Notes under the pieces: model-generated
What the model saw: the letters and a program-made list of their open reading frames with translations, nothing else
Database searches by the model: none
What the model was told of the DNA's origin: nothing
Source: Deltaproteobacteria bacterium
Lineage (GTDB): Bacteria; Desulfobacterota; GWC2-55-46; DRME01
Length of the DNA: 64,000 nucleotides
Direction: 5' to 3'
NCBI GenBank assembly: GCA_011375175.1
Contig: DRME01000063.1
Location: 12,182 to 76,181, forward strand
Shown: positions 28,434 to 38,127 of the stretch, piece after piece
How the letters are laid out: each line of letters starts with the position of its first letter
How positions within the stretch are numbered: the first letter of the stretch is position 1
Made by a program: the position numbers and the translations under genes

Positions 28434-29476
28434 TGTCAGCCGTGTGGGAGAAGGCCGCTTTCTTTCTGAAACTCCTTCGCCTCAGGGCCACCGGCGCCAG
28501 GGCGCCCCTCTTCGTCTTCTTCAACGTCACCAACAGGTGCAACGCCCGCTGCTCCTACTGCTTCGGCGCCTACTACGAACGTTACGCAAGCGAGCGCCGC
28601 AGGGAGCTCACGACGGGGCAGATACTCTCCGTCATAGACGGGCTCTCGGATATGGGCACGCGCCGCATAGGCATCACGGGCGGAGAGCCCCTTCTGAGAG
28701 AGGACATAGCCGAGATCATAGCCCGCATAAGGGAGCGGGGCATGAGCTGCGGGCTCAACACCAACGGCTTTCTCGTGCCCGCGAGGCTCGACGACATCAG
28801 GGGCGTGGACAACGTGACCATAAGCCTCGACGGCGACAGGGACGCCCACGACGCCAACAGGGGAAAGGGGAGCTTCGACAGGGTCATGGCCGCCGTGGAG
28901 GCCGTGAGGGCCGCCGCCATACCGCTCCACCTGAGCACGGTCGTGACCGCGCGCAACAGGGACTCGCTCGATTTCGTAATGGAGTTCGCCAGGCAAAGGG
29001 GCGTACCCGTCCAGGTGAGCCCCCTCTACGAACGCTTCTGGGGCGAGAAGGACGAGGGCTTCCCGGCAAAGCTCGATCAGGGGGAGCTGCGCGAGACCAT
29101 CGGGCGCGTCATGGAGTACAAGCGCCGGGGATACCCGGTCTTCTTCTCGCTCAGGACCTACGAGAAGATACTGGCCTGGCCCTACGGCGACCGCGACAGG
29201 GTGGTGGGCGAGGAGCCGGACTTTCCCCACGCCCGCTGCTACATGGGCCGCCTGCTCTGCACCATCGACGCCAGCGGCGACGTCTACCCCTGCGCCCAGC
29301 TCGAGGGCTTCAGGGTGAAGAACGCCGTGGAGGACGGCCTGCGCGATGCCTTCGACAACATAGCGGACCACGACTGCCGGGCATGCCTCTGGGCCTGCTA
29401 CAACGAGTACAACCTCCTCTTCGCCCTCGACCCCGCCGTCCTGTGGAACACGGTGAGGAACGCATTGACGCACTGA
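28433..29476 (+). CDS. Radical SAM/SPASM domain protein (paralog C)
   Basis: ATG overlaps the upstream stop (TGATG). It has CNARCSYC, GGEPLL and a C-terminal Cys cluster (CYMGRLLC…YPCAQ…HDCRACLWACY). Confidence 0.85.
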   Translation: MSAVWEKAAFFLKLLRLRATGARAPLFVFFNVTNRCNARCSYCFGAYYERYASERRRELTTGQILSVIDGLSDMGTRRIGITGGEPLLREDIAEIIARIRERGMSCGLNTNGFLVPARLDDIRGVDNVTISLDGDRDAHDANRGKGSFDRVMAAVEAVRAAAIPLHLSTVVTARNRDSLDFVMEFARQRGVPVQVSPLYERFWGEKDEGFPAKLDQGELRETIGRVMEYKRRGYPVFFSLRTYEKILAWPYGDRDRVVGEEPDFPHARCYMGRLLCTIDASGDVYPCAQLEGFRVKNAVEDGLRDAFDNIADHDCRACLWACYNEYNLLFALDPAVLWNTVRNALTH

Positions 29477-29482
29477 GGGGCC

Positions 29483-30517
29483 ATGGACAACGGTACGGAC
29501 ATATCGGTCGTAGTGCCCGTCTACAACGAGCGCGAGGTGCTGCCCCACCTCTACGAGCGGCTCGCCTCGGTGCTCGAGGGCCTGGGGATGAGCTACGAGA
29601 TAATCTTCGTCAACGACGCGAGCACCGACGACTCGCTCCATATCCTGCGGGGCCTTCACGAGCGCGACGGCCGCGTGAAGATACTCTCCTTTTCGCGCAA
29701 CTTCGGCCACCAGACGGCCGTCACCGCCGGGCTCAACTTCAGCCGCGGCCGCGCCGTCGTCGTCATGGACGGCGATCTCCAGGACCCGCCCGAGTGCATA
29801 CCGGCCTTTGTCGCCAGATGGAGGGAGGGCAACGAGGTCGTCTACGGCGTCAGGAGAAAGCGCAAGGAGAGCCTCATGAAGAGGGCGCTCTACAAGGTCT
29901 ACTACCGGGTGCTGCGCCTCCTCTCCAAGGTGGACATACCGCTCGACAGCGGGGACTTCTGCCTCATGGACCGCAAGGTGGTCGAGCTCCTGAACCACAT
30001 GCCCGAGCGCAACCGCTTCGTGCGGGGGCTGCGCCGCTGGGTGGGCTTCAGGCAGGCGGGCGTGCCCTACGAACGCGACGCCCGCTACGCCGGCGAGTCG
30101 AAGTACACCTTCTTCAAGCTCGTAAAGCTCGCGCTCGACGGCATCGTGAGCTTCTCGGAGCTGCCGCTCAAGGCCTCGGTGCTCATAGGCTTCGCCATAT
30201 CGATAATGACGGTCGTATACTCCTTCTATCTCATAGTCAACAGGATCGTCCACCCCGCAAACCAGATACCGGGCTGGACGTCCATCATCGTGGCCGTCAC
30301 CTTTCTCGGCGGCATAGAGCTCATGGTCATGGGTTTCCTCGGCGAGTACCTGCTGAGGATATACGACGAGGTCAAGGACCGTCCCCAGTACATACTCAAC
30401 GGGGTCATAGGATTCGAGGAGAAGGGCGATGCCGAGGGTGTCGGTGGTGATTCCGGCCTACAACGCGGAGAAGTACATAGAGAAGTGCCTGGCCTCTCTC
30501 AGGGCCCAGAGCTATGA
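29483..30517 (+). CDS. GT2 glycosyltransferase, polyprenyl-phosphate sugar synthase-like (ArnC/DPM1-like)
   Basis: ISVVVPVYNERE…IIFVNDASTDDS…VVMDGDLQDPPECIP with C-terminal TM helices. Its last ~30 aa overlap the next gene by 89 nt. Confidence 0.8.
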   Translation: MDNGTDISVVVPVYNEREVLPHLYERLASVLEGLGMSYEIIFVNDASTDDSLHILRGLHERDGRVKILSFSRNFGHQTAVTAGLNFSRGRAVVVMDGDLQDPPECIPAFVARWREGNEVVYGVRRKRKESLMKRALYKVYYRVLRLLSKVDIPLDSGDFCLMDRKVVELLNHMPERNRFVRGLRRWVGFRQAGVPYERDARYAGESKYTFFKLVKLALDGIVSFSELPLKASVLIGFAISIMTVVYSFYLIVNRIVHPANQIPGWTSIIVAVTFLGGIELMVMGFLGEYLLRIYDEVKDRPQYILNGVIGFEEKGDAEGVGGDSGLQRGEVHREVPGLSQGPEL

Positions 30518-31439
30518 CGACTACGAAGTGATAGTCGTCGACGACGGCTCCACGGACCGCACGGCCGAGCTGGCCGCCGCATACGCCCGTGTCGTGAAGG
30601 CGCCGCGAAACCTCGGCGAGGGGGGCGCCCGGAACCTCGGCGCCCGCGAGGCCGAGGGCGAGATACTGGCCTTCACCGACGCCGACGTGGTCGTGCCCGA
30701 GGACTGGCTCGAAAAGATCGTCGCCACCATGGACAAAGAAGGGGTCGAGTGCGTGGGAGGCGGCTACTGCGGCTCCATGGGCGACGGCTTCATCGAGCGC
30801 TTCGCCTTCCACGAGCTCGCCTACAGGCGAAAGGACCTCGCCGGAGAGGTCAACACCATAGTCTCCAACAACTTCGCCTGCCGCCGCGACGTCTTCTGGG
30901 AGTTCGGCGGCTTCCCGGAGCGCTACAAGGTCGAGGACCTGCGGCTCTCCTACCTCATAAGCAGGAAGTACAGGATCCTGTGGGACAGGACGAACGGCGT
31001 CTACCATCACTTCCGTCCCGACCTCTACGGCTACCTGCGCCAGATGTACTACTTCAGCAGGGACACGGTCTGGACCTACTACAGCTACCCGGAGCTCGTC
31101 TTCCACAGGACCCACCAGGGCAGGCTCATATACGTCGAGATAATGAGCGTGCTCGCCGCCCTGGCGGCCGCTCCCCTCTGGCCGGCGGCGCTGCTCTTTG
31201 CGCCCATGGCCGTGGGGGCCCTCAACTACGGGTTCCTCAGCCACCTCGCCCGAAACCGTCTGTCCGTGGCCCGGTCCATGGGCGTTATCATAGCGAGAGA
31301 CCTTGTCGTCTCCCTCGGCATCGTCACGGGCGCGGCGCTCTGCGCCGGCGACGCATGGTCGCGGCGCTTCGGCTCCGCCAGGGGATGCGCGGAAGCGGGG
31401 AGCGACACCGATGAAGAGAGAAAGGACTTCGTGAAGTGA
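30429..31439 (+). CDS. GT2 family glycosyltransferase
   Basis: VSVVIPAYNAEKYIEKCL…VIVVDDGSTDRT…FTDADVVVPEDWL (a DxD-type GT-A fold) with a hydrophobic C-terminal region. Confidence 0.8.
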   Translation: MPRVSVVIPAYNAEKYIEKCLASLRAQSYDDYEVIVVDDGSTDRTAELAAAYARVVKAPRNLGEGGARNLGAREAEGEILAFTDADVVVPEDWLEKIVATMDKEGVECVGGGYCGSMGDGFIERFAFHELAYRRKDLAGEVNTIVSNNFACRRDVFWEFGGFPERYKVEDLRLSYLISRKYRILWDRTNGVYHHFRPDLYGYLRQMYYFSRDTVWTYYSYPELVFHRTHQGRLIYVEIMSVLAALAAAPLWPAALLFAPMAVGALNYGFLSHLARNRLSVARSMGVIIARDLVVSLGIVTGAALCAGDAWSRRFGSARGCAEAGSDTDEERKDFVK

Positions 31440-31449
31440 GGAGACCGTT

Positions 31450-32967
31450 ATGAAGATACTTCTTGTAAACCCTCCGTGGTACAGGCTCCAGGGCGCCTCT
31501 CTGGTGCACTATCCGCCGGGTCCCTGCTTCGTGGCCGGGGCGCTCGAGAAGGCGGGCTACGAGCCGGTGGTCTGGAACGCCGACTTCGACCCGGCCGTCA
31601 GGTCCGTCATAGGGGGCACCAACGTGCTCGACACCGACGAGCTCACGCAAAAGCACAGCATCTACCAGAAGAACCTCAACGACCTCTCGGCGCCCGTGTG
31701 GCGCGAGGTGGCCTCCATGATCGAGCGCTTCGCACCCGACGTGCTCGGCGTCTCGGTCTACAGCGCAACATACAAGGCGGCCCTCAACGTGGCCCGCATA
31801 GCAAAGGAGGTGAACCCCGCCGTAACGACCGTCTTCGGAGGCATACACCCCACCATAGCCACCGAGGAGGTGGCCTCGCAGCGCGACGTGGACTTCGTCG
31901 TCTTCGGCGAGGGCGAGCGCACGGTGGTGGAGCTCGTGGGGGCCCTGGAGGCGAGAGACGGCGCTGGCCGCGACTTCTCCTCCATAAAGGGCATCGCCTT
32001 CAAGGACGGGGACGGCAACGTGGTCAGGACCGAGCGGCGCGAGTACATAGAGGACCTCGACGCCGAGGTCTACCCGGCCCGCCACCTCATCCACGACGTG
32101 GAGAGCTACCCGCCAACGGCCTTCCAGGGCATATACGGCTCGCGGGGCTGTCCCTTCAAGTGCATATTCTGCGGCTCCTTCAACCTCTGGGGCTACAGCG
32201 TGAGGACCAGGAGCGCCGAGACCCTGGTGGCCGAGATCGAGGAGACACACCGCCGCTTCGGCACCCGCTACTTCTACCTCTGCGACGACATATTCTTCAT
32301 AAACCGCGAGCGGGCGCGCCGCTTCTGCGAGCTGCTCATCGAAAAGGACCTGGGCGTCATGTGGTCGGCCCAGACGAGGGCCGAGATGGTGACCGACGAA
32401 CTCCTTGCGCTCATGAAGAAGGCCGGCGGCCAGCACGTGGCCATTGGGGTCGAGACCGGCGACGAGAGGATAAGAAAGCTCATAAAGAAGGGCAACACGC
32501 TCGAGCAGATGCGCCGCGCCGCAAGGCTCGTCCACAAGCACGGCCTGACGCTCGTCGGCTTCTTCATGTTCGGCTTCCCCTGGGAGTCGCGCGAAGAGAT
32601 AAGGCGCACCGTCGAGTTCATGAAGGAGATAAACCCGACAATCGCCTTCCCCTACATAGTCACGCCCGCCCCGGGCACGGAGTTATCGCAGATATCGCAC
32701 GAGATGGGCCTTGTGGGACCCGACCGGGAGCTCGAGAACTTCTACCACGAGAGCCCGGAGATGTGCCTGAGCGTCAACATCCCCGAGGAGGAGAGAAAGG
32801 GCATAATCGACGAAACGCTCAAGGTCTTCGCCGAGCACAACAAGAAGCGCTTCAGGCTCGACGTGCTGAAGAGGCCGCGCTTCTACTACACGCTCTTCCA
32901 CGACTTCGGGTTCTTCAGAAACCCCATGCAGTTCGTCCAGGTCCTGAGGGACGTGGTCGCGGGCTGA
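31450..32967 (+). CDS. B12-binding (class B) radical SAM protein
   Basis: The N-terminal cobalamin-binding-like Rossmann region (MKILLVNPPW…, VLGVSVYSATY…VFGGIHPT) is followed by an rSAM core CPFKCIFC. Length is 505 aa. Confidence 0.85.
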   Translation: MKILLVNPPWYRLQGASLVHYPPGPCFVAGALEKAGYEPVVWNADFDPAVRSVIGGTNVLDTDELTQKHSIYQKNLNDLSAPVWREVASMIERFAPDVLGVSVYSATYKAALNVARIAKEVNPAVTTVFGGIHPTIATEEVASQRDVDFVVFGEGERTVVELVGALEARDGAGRDFSSIKGIAFKDGDGNVVRTERREYIEDLDAEVYPARHLIHDVESYPPTAFQGIYGSRGCPFKCIFCGSFNLWGYSVRTRSAETLVAEIEETHRRFGTRYFYLCDDIFFINRERARRFCELLIEKDLGVMWSAQTRAEMVTDELLALMKKAGGQHVAIGVETGDERIRKLIKKGNTLEQMRRAARLVHKHGLTLVGFFMFGFPWESREEIRRTVEFMKEINPTIAFPYIVTPAPGTELSQISHEMGLVGPDRELENFYHESPEMCLSVNIPEEERKGIIDETLKVFAEHNKKRFRLDVLKRPRFYYTLFHDFGFFRNPMQFVQVLRDVVAG

Positions 32968-32982
32968 ATAGAGGCCGCGGCT

Positions 32983-35412
32983 ATGGAGCAGCACAAAGCA
33001 GCGCAGCGCCGCAGCGCCGCCCCTGTGCTCGTCGGCGCGGCGGCGCTCGCCGCCTTCGCGCTCCTCAGCCGCGGGCTCATCACGGGCGACGAGATATTCA
33101 CCCACGACTCGCTCCTCTCCTACGGCCCCTTCCACTACGCCCTCGACGCCATGAGCGAGGGAATAGTGCCGCTCTGGGACCCCTACAGCATAACGGGGCT
33201 GCCCTTCTATCCCAACCTCAACTTCTCGTCCCTCATAGACCCGCTCATACTGCCCTTCATCCCCCTTGCGCGGCTTTCCGGTCCCGACTTCGTGCTCTGG
33301 TACGTCCACTTCTGGCTCGTAAAGCTCCTCGTCTTCGCCCTGGGCGCCTATCTTCTCTTCTCCCGTGTGGCCGGGAGCAGGGCCGCCGGGGCCGCCGGAG
33401 CGGGCGTTCTCCTTCTGGCCGTCGCGCCCGTCTCCTTCAGGCAGCTCGGCGTCATATGCGCGGTCTACCTGACGCCCATGGTCATGTATCTTCTGCTGCG
33501 GCTCTTCGACCCTGGCACGAGACGGCAGACGAGGCTTCGCCTCGCGCTCTTCGTCCTTACGGCAGGCGTCTCCCTGAACCTCTTCATCCCCGTCTACTTC
33601 CTCTTCAACATCGTCTTCTACGCCGCCGCCCTTGTGGTCGCCGGGGCCGTGAAGTGGAGGGAGGGGCTCGCGAGGTTCCGGGGCGAAGACGGCCCCGGCC
33701 TCCTATTCCTGCTGTTCGTGCTCGCCGCGGCCGTCATGATCTGTGGTCCGCTCCTCGCCCTCTACATCGACTCATCGGGCGGCGAGATATTCCCCCACAT
33801 ACGGATACTCCAGAAGAACGGCTGGGTCTACAAGCAGATGATGGCCTCGGAACTGGCCGGCGACGTGCTCTCCCACAAGTTCACCAGGTCCCTGGGCGTG
33901 TACAGCTCGCTGGGCAACCTCGTAAACCTCGTCTATCCCGACATGTTCCGCTCCTACTTCGCAAGGGCCGACTACTTCAGGATGAACGACCTGACGAGCG
34001 AGGTCTTCCAGTACATGGGCATCGTGCCCTTCGTGCTGGCCCTGGCGGCCCTTGTGCGCTCGCGCTCGCCCCATCGCCTCGCGGCCCTTCTCATGGTCGT
34101 GATCACAGGGGTGAACATGATAAGCCTCGAGGGCGTGCACGACAGGGCGCCCAACGTGGTGCAGAGGCTCTTTTCCGCCGTATTTCCGCCCCTTGAGATG
34201 ATAGACGTGAAGGAGCAGTTCGGGGGGTTCTTCCTCCTCTACCTCTCCATGCTCTTCTCGCTCGGCGTAAGGCCGCTCTTCGAGGGCCGGGACTTGGGGG
34301 CGGCGGCGCGCTCGCTCCTGCGTCCCGTGCTCGTCGCCTCGGCGGCCGTGCTCGCCTTCAAGCTCGCCGTCTCGTGGGCCTGCTTCGGGCGCCTGCTCTT
34401 CGTCTCGGGCCTCGATCTCCTCTGCCTCGCCGTGCTCGCCGCCTTCTGCGCCCTCCTCGTCCTCTTTGCGGGGACCGGCAAGGAGAGACGGCGGCCTCTG
34501 TTCACGGTCCTTCTCACGGCCTTCCTCTTCATCGACCTAACGGCCGCGGGCGCCGCCATGAAGCGTTACGTGGTCCAGCCCAACACCCTCTCCCCCGTCC
34601 TGAAAAAGCACGCCCGCAAGGGCTCTTTCGGCGAAGACTTCGAGCTCTACCGCATCCCCTTCATGGACGTGAGCCTCGTCTACGCCGAGGCGGTCTTCAA
34701 GCGGAAGAGCTCCATCGCCCCCGGCGGCGTCCACAGGCAGATGTTCACCACCAAGCGCTACTACGACCTCCTCACAAACGTCCCTCTCGAAAAACACTTC
34801 GCCCTCACCGGCATCGTCTATCCCCTGTTGCGGTTCGTCCCCGCCGGTGACGCCGAGCTCGTCCCGGGCAGACGGGAGGCCTTCTCGGCCGTAAGGGAGG
34901 CGACCATCGAGGAACTGGGCCGCAAGGTCTTCATAGAGAAGGACGGCGCCGCCGGGGGGCCTGCGGCGGACTTCAAGAGCCTGGACGAGTTTCCCGACGC
35001 CCCCTGGCTCATGGCGGTCAACGTAAAGCGCGCCTACCGCCGTTTCCTCGAAAGGGAGAAGGCCCTTGTGGAAGGGGCGAGGAGACGGGCCGGCGACTAT
35101 ATCGAGACCGACCGCTTCGGGGTGCGGCTCCTGGAGTTCACGCCCAACACGGCGGTCTTCGGCGTCCGAAGCCGCGTCGACGGCTATCTCTACTACAACG
35201 ACGGCTGGAGCCGGTACTGGAGGGCGACGGTCGACGGCCGCGAGGCGGAGCTTCTCGTGGCGGACTACAATTCCAAGGCCGTCGCGCTGTCGGCCGGCGA
35301 GCACACCGTAAGGCTCGTCTACGACCCCCTGCACTACAGGCTCGGTCTCTTCGCCTACCTCGCGGCAATCGCCGCGCTGCTGGGGGTCGTGCTCCTCAAC
35401 ACACGCCGTTGA
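32983..35412 (+). CDS. Large polytopic membrane protein (YfhO-like/GT-C-like)
   Basis: 809 aa with ≥12 predicted TM helices and a C-terminal soluble domain. It lies downstream of two GT2 polyprenyl-P-sugar synthase-like genes. Confidence 0.45.
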   Translation: MEQHKAAQRRSAAPVLVGAAALAAFALLSRGLITGDEIFTHDSLLSYGPFHYALDAMSEGIVPLWDPYSITGLPFYPNLNFSSLIDPLILPFIPLARLSGPDFVLWYVHFWLVKLLVFALGAYLLFSRVAGSRAAGAAGAGVLLLAVAPVSFRQLGVICAVYLTPMVMYLLLRLFDPGTRRQTRLRLALFVLTAGVSLNLFIPVYFLFNIVFYAAALVVAGAVKWREGLARFRGEDGPGLLFLLFVLAAAVMICGPLLALYIDSSGGEIFPHIRILQKNGWVYKQMMASELAGDVLSHKFTRSLGVYSSLGNLVNLVYPDMFRSYFARADYFRMNDLTSEVFQYMGIVPFVLALAALVRSRSPHRLAALLMVVITGVNMISLEGVHDRAPNVVQRLFSAVFPPLEMIDVKEQFGGFFLLYLSMLFSLGVRPLFEGRDLGAAARSLLRPVLVASAAVLAFKLAVSWACFGRLLFVSGLDLLCLAVLAAFCALLVLFAGTGKERRRPLFTVLLTAFLFIDLTAAGAAMKRYVVQPNTLSPVLKKHARKGSFGEDFELYRIPFMDVSLVYAEAVFKRKSSIAPGGVHRQMFTTKRYYDLLTNVPLEKHFALTGIVYPLLRFVPAGDAELVPGRREAFSAVREATIEELGRKVFIEKDGAAGGPAADFKSLDEFPDAPWLMAVNVKRAYRRFLEREKALVEGARRRAGDYIETDRFGVRLLEFTPNTAVFGVRSRVDGYLYYNDGWSRYWRATVDGREAELLVADYNSKAVALSAGEHTVRLVYDPLHYRLGLFAYLAAIAALLGVVLLNTRR

Positions 35413-35747
35413 AGGTCCTGCGCCTCCTCTCCGGGACCGGCTTGAGAAAAAGACGCGGCGGGGTGTTTTTTGTCTTGAGGCCGGCGGCACCCCGTGTTAA
35501 GGTCGCAGAGATGACCTTTCCCGCCTCTGCCTTGCCTCCCAAGTGCTTGATTTTAATAGCAGTTCCATTTCCGTTACACTTTCCGGCGCCACGGCGCCAG
35601 CCTCTCCCCTGAAAGACGAGGGACGAAAAAAAGCTGCCTGTGACCGGCGTCACATACCGTCTTACGCCCCTTTGCTATCATGGAGACAGGATAAAGAAGA
35701 AGAGCTTGCAGTGCATACACTTACAAATATGAGAGAACGGGGGCTTG

Positions 35748-37675
35748 AGATGAATAGGGGAACGGCAAAGACAAGGACGGCGGCGGCGGTGCTCATCTTC
35801 GCACTGTTTTTCCCTGTGGCGTCGTCGTATGGGGCCGATGCTACACTCACGTGGAACCCTCCGACCACGAACACCGACGGCTCTCCGCTCACTGATCTCG
35901 ACGGTTACTACGTCTACTACGGCACCACGTCCGGCAGCTACGACCAGAAGGTCGACGTGGGCAACATAACGGAGTACAAGGTCACGGGACTCACCTCCGG
36001 CACCCGCTACTACTTCGCCGTGACGGCCTACAACACGGCCGGCAGGGAGAGCTCCTATTCGGCGGAGAAGAGCAAGGTCGTCTTCGACGCCGACACCACG
36101 GCTCCCTCCATATCGGGCGTATACGTATCCAACATCGGCCAGACGAGCGCCGAGATAAACTGGACGACCGACGAGGACGCCGATTCGCTTGTCCGTTACG
36201 GCGTCACCGCCTCCTACGGTTCCAACGTCTTCGACTCGTCCATGGGCAAGGCCCACACCATGGTCATAAGCGGGCTCAGCCCCTCGACGACCTACAACTT
36301 CCAGGTGCTCAGCACCGACGCCTCGGGCAACCAGGCCTCTTCGGGCAACTACACGTTCACCACCGCCGACGTGCCCGACACGACGGCCCCCGCCATCTCG
36401 GACATCAGGTTCACCGACATCACCTCTTCGTCGGTGACCGTCACGTGGAAGACCGACGAGCCCTCCACCTCGCAGGTCGAGTACGGCCTCGACACTTCCT
36501 ACGCAAGCGCGAGCGCCCTGGACTCGACGCTCACCACGTCACACCGGGTCGTGATCACCGGGCTGTCGGCCTACACGACCTACCACGCGCGCGTCATCTC
36601 GGCCGACGCCGCCGGCAACAGCGCGGTTTCGAGCGATCACTACTTCATAACCTCCAACACGGCGCCTTCCATAACGTCGCTTGACGCCAGCCCCTCGTCG
36701 GGCTATGCGCCGCTGTATGTGAGCTTCACGGCGGCGGCCTCCGACGCCGACGGCTTCGTGGCGAGCTACGAGTGGGACTTCGACGGCGACGGCGCCTACG
36801 ACGACGACACGGGCACGGTGGCCGCGGCCTCCCACACCTACACGTCGCCCGGCACCTACACGGCCGTCCTCAAGGTGACCGACAACGGCGGCGCCTCGAC
36901 GACGGCCCAGGTTACGGTGACGGTCAAGGACGTGGTCAACACCCTGCCCGTAATATCGTCCTTCACGGCCGATCCCCTCTCGGGCACGGCCCCCCTCGAT
37001 GTGACCTTCAGCGTGTCGGCCTCCGACGCCGACGGCTCCATAGCGGGCTACGAGTGGGACTTCGACGGCAACGGCACCTACGAGGCCTCGACCTCCACCG
37101 TGCCGGTCTCCCACACCTACACGGCCCCGGGGACCTACAAGGCTGTGGTGAGGGTCACCGACGACGACGGCGCCTCGGTGACGGCCTCGGTGACCATAGA
37201 GGTGGCCGACGCGTCGTCCAAGGGCGCCGACACGACGGGGTCGACGACGACGACCACCACCTCGGCGGACAACACCACCACCTCGTCGCTCGCCGCATCG
37301 ACGACGGCCCAGGGGCCGGTGACCTCCGACGGCGGCAACTGCTTCATCGCCACGGCCGCCTTCGGCAGCTACCTGGACCCCCATGTGAACGTCCTCAGGC
37401 AGTTCAGGGACGAGTACCTGCTGACCAACGCCGCGGGCAGGGCGTTCGTGGACTTCTACTACGCCGTATCTCCTCCGCTCGCGGCCTTCATAGCCGACCA
37501 CGACTGGCTGCGGGCCGCTGTCAGGGTCGCTCTCACCCCCCTCATCTTCGCCGTGATGTACCCCGCGGCGGCGTTCATCGCGATGGCCGTCTTTGCGGCC
37601 GCCGCGGCCGTGAGCGTCTCGCTCTACCGTGACCACCGCCGCCGCCGCGCTCTCAGGAAAAAGTACTCCTTCTGA
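35748..37675 (+). CDS. Secreted multidomain surface protein: signal peptide, 3× FN3-like, 2× PKD, a Ser/Thr-rich linker, and a Cys-initiated C-terminal anchor module (TM helix plus basic tail)
   Basis: Signal peptide is [29 protein letters not shown]. There are three ~95-aa repeats with TAPxIS…Y…TTY (FN3-like) and two PKD repeats (YEWDFDGDG…HTY…GTY…V.VTD). The linker is [19 protein letters not shown]. The C-terminus is [28 protein letters not shown]…[44 protein letters not shown]. Confidence 0.8.
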
Positions 37676-38127
37676 GCCACGTCCTCTCATCCTCGCCGCC
37701 GCGTCCCGGCCTGCCCGGTCCACGGGGGGCCGGGCGCGGCCACTCCCTCCCTCCCCGCCGCCGCAGCGGCGGCCCCCGCGGACCCAAAGATTGACTTGCT
37801 AAGCGGCCGTCGCTGTGGTATAAATTCGTATTCAGCGCCTGCGGTCTTCATCCACTGTGAAGGGCCGCGCGAGGGCGGGAAAGGGGCGGACCCGTGCGGC
37901 TCGCGGCCGCCAGCGCCCCCTGCGGGCAGAGGCGAAGCCCTTCCCCGACCCATCTCTCTCCCCGGCGGGCCGGAAACGGCCGCCCGCCGGAAATCCCCGT
38001 GCGCAGCGCCGGAGAGCGGGTGATGAAGAGTCGGCCCCCTGCCGGCGCCGACGGTGTCCTGCGACCTCCCCACAAGAGGGGCGCGCGCAGACCCACCGAC
38101 ATTCTCCAAGCTCTGACGGAGTACAGA

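Noticed and set aside
35409-35612. Small ORFs in the 35412–35747 intergenic region (e.g. 35409–35612, 67 aa) as possible precursor peptides for the rSAM enzymes
   Set aside because: They are low-complexity and have no RBS. They lie downstream of the membrane-protein gene in its 3' region, not next to the SPASM rSAM genes. They are more likely spurious. The region more probably holds the promoter and leader of the surface-protein gene.
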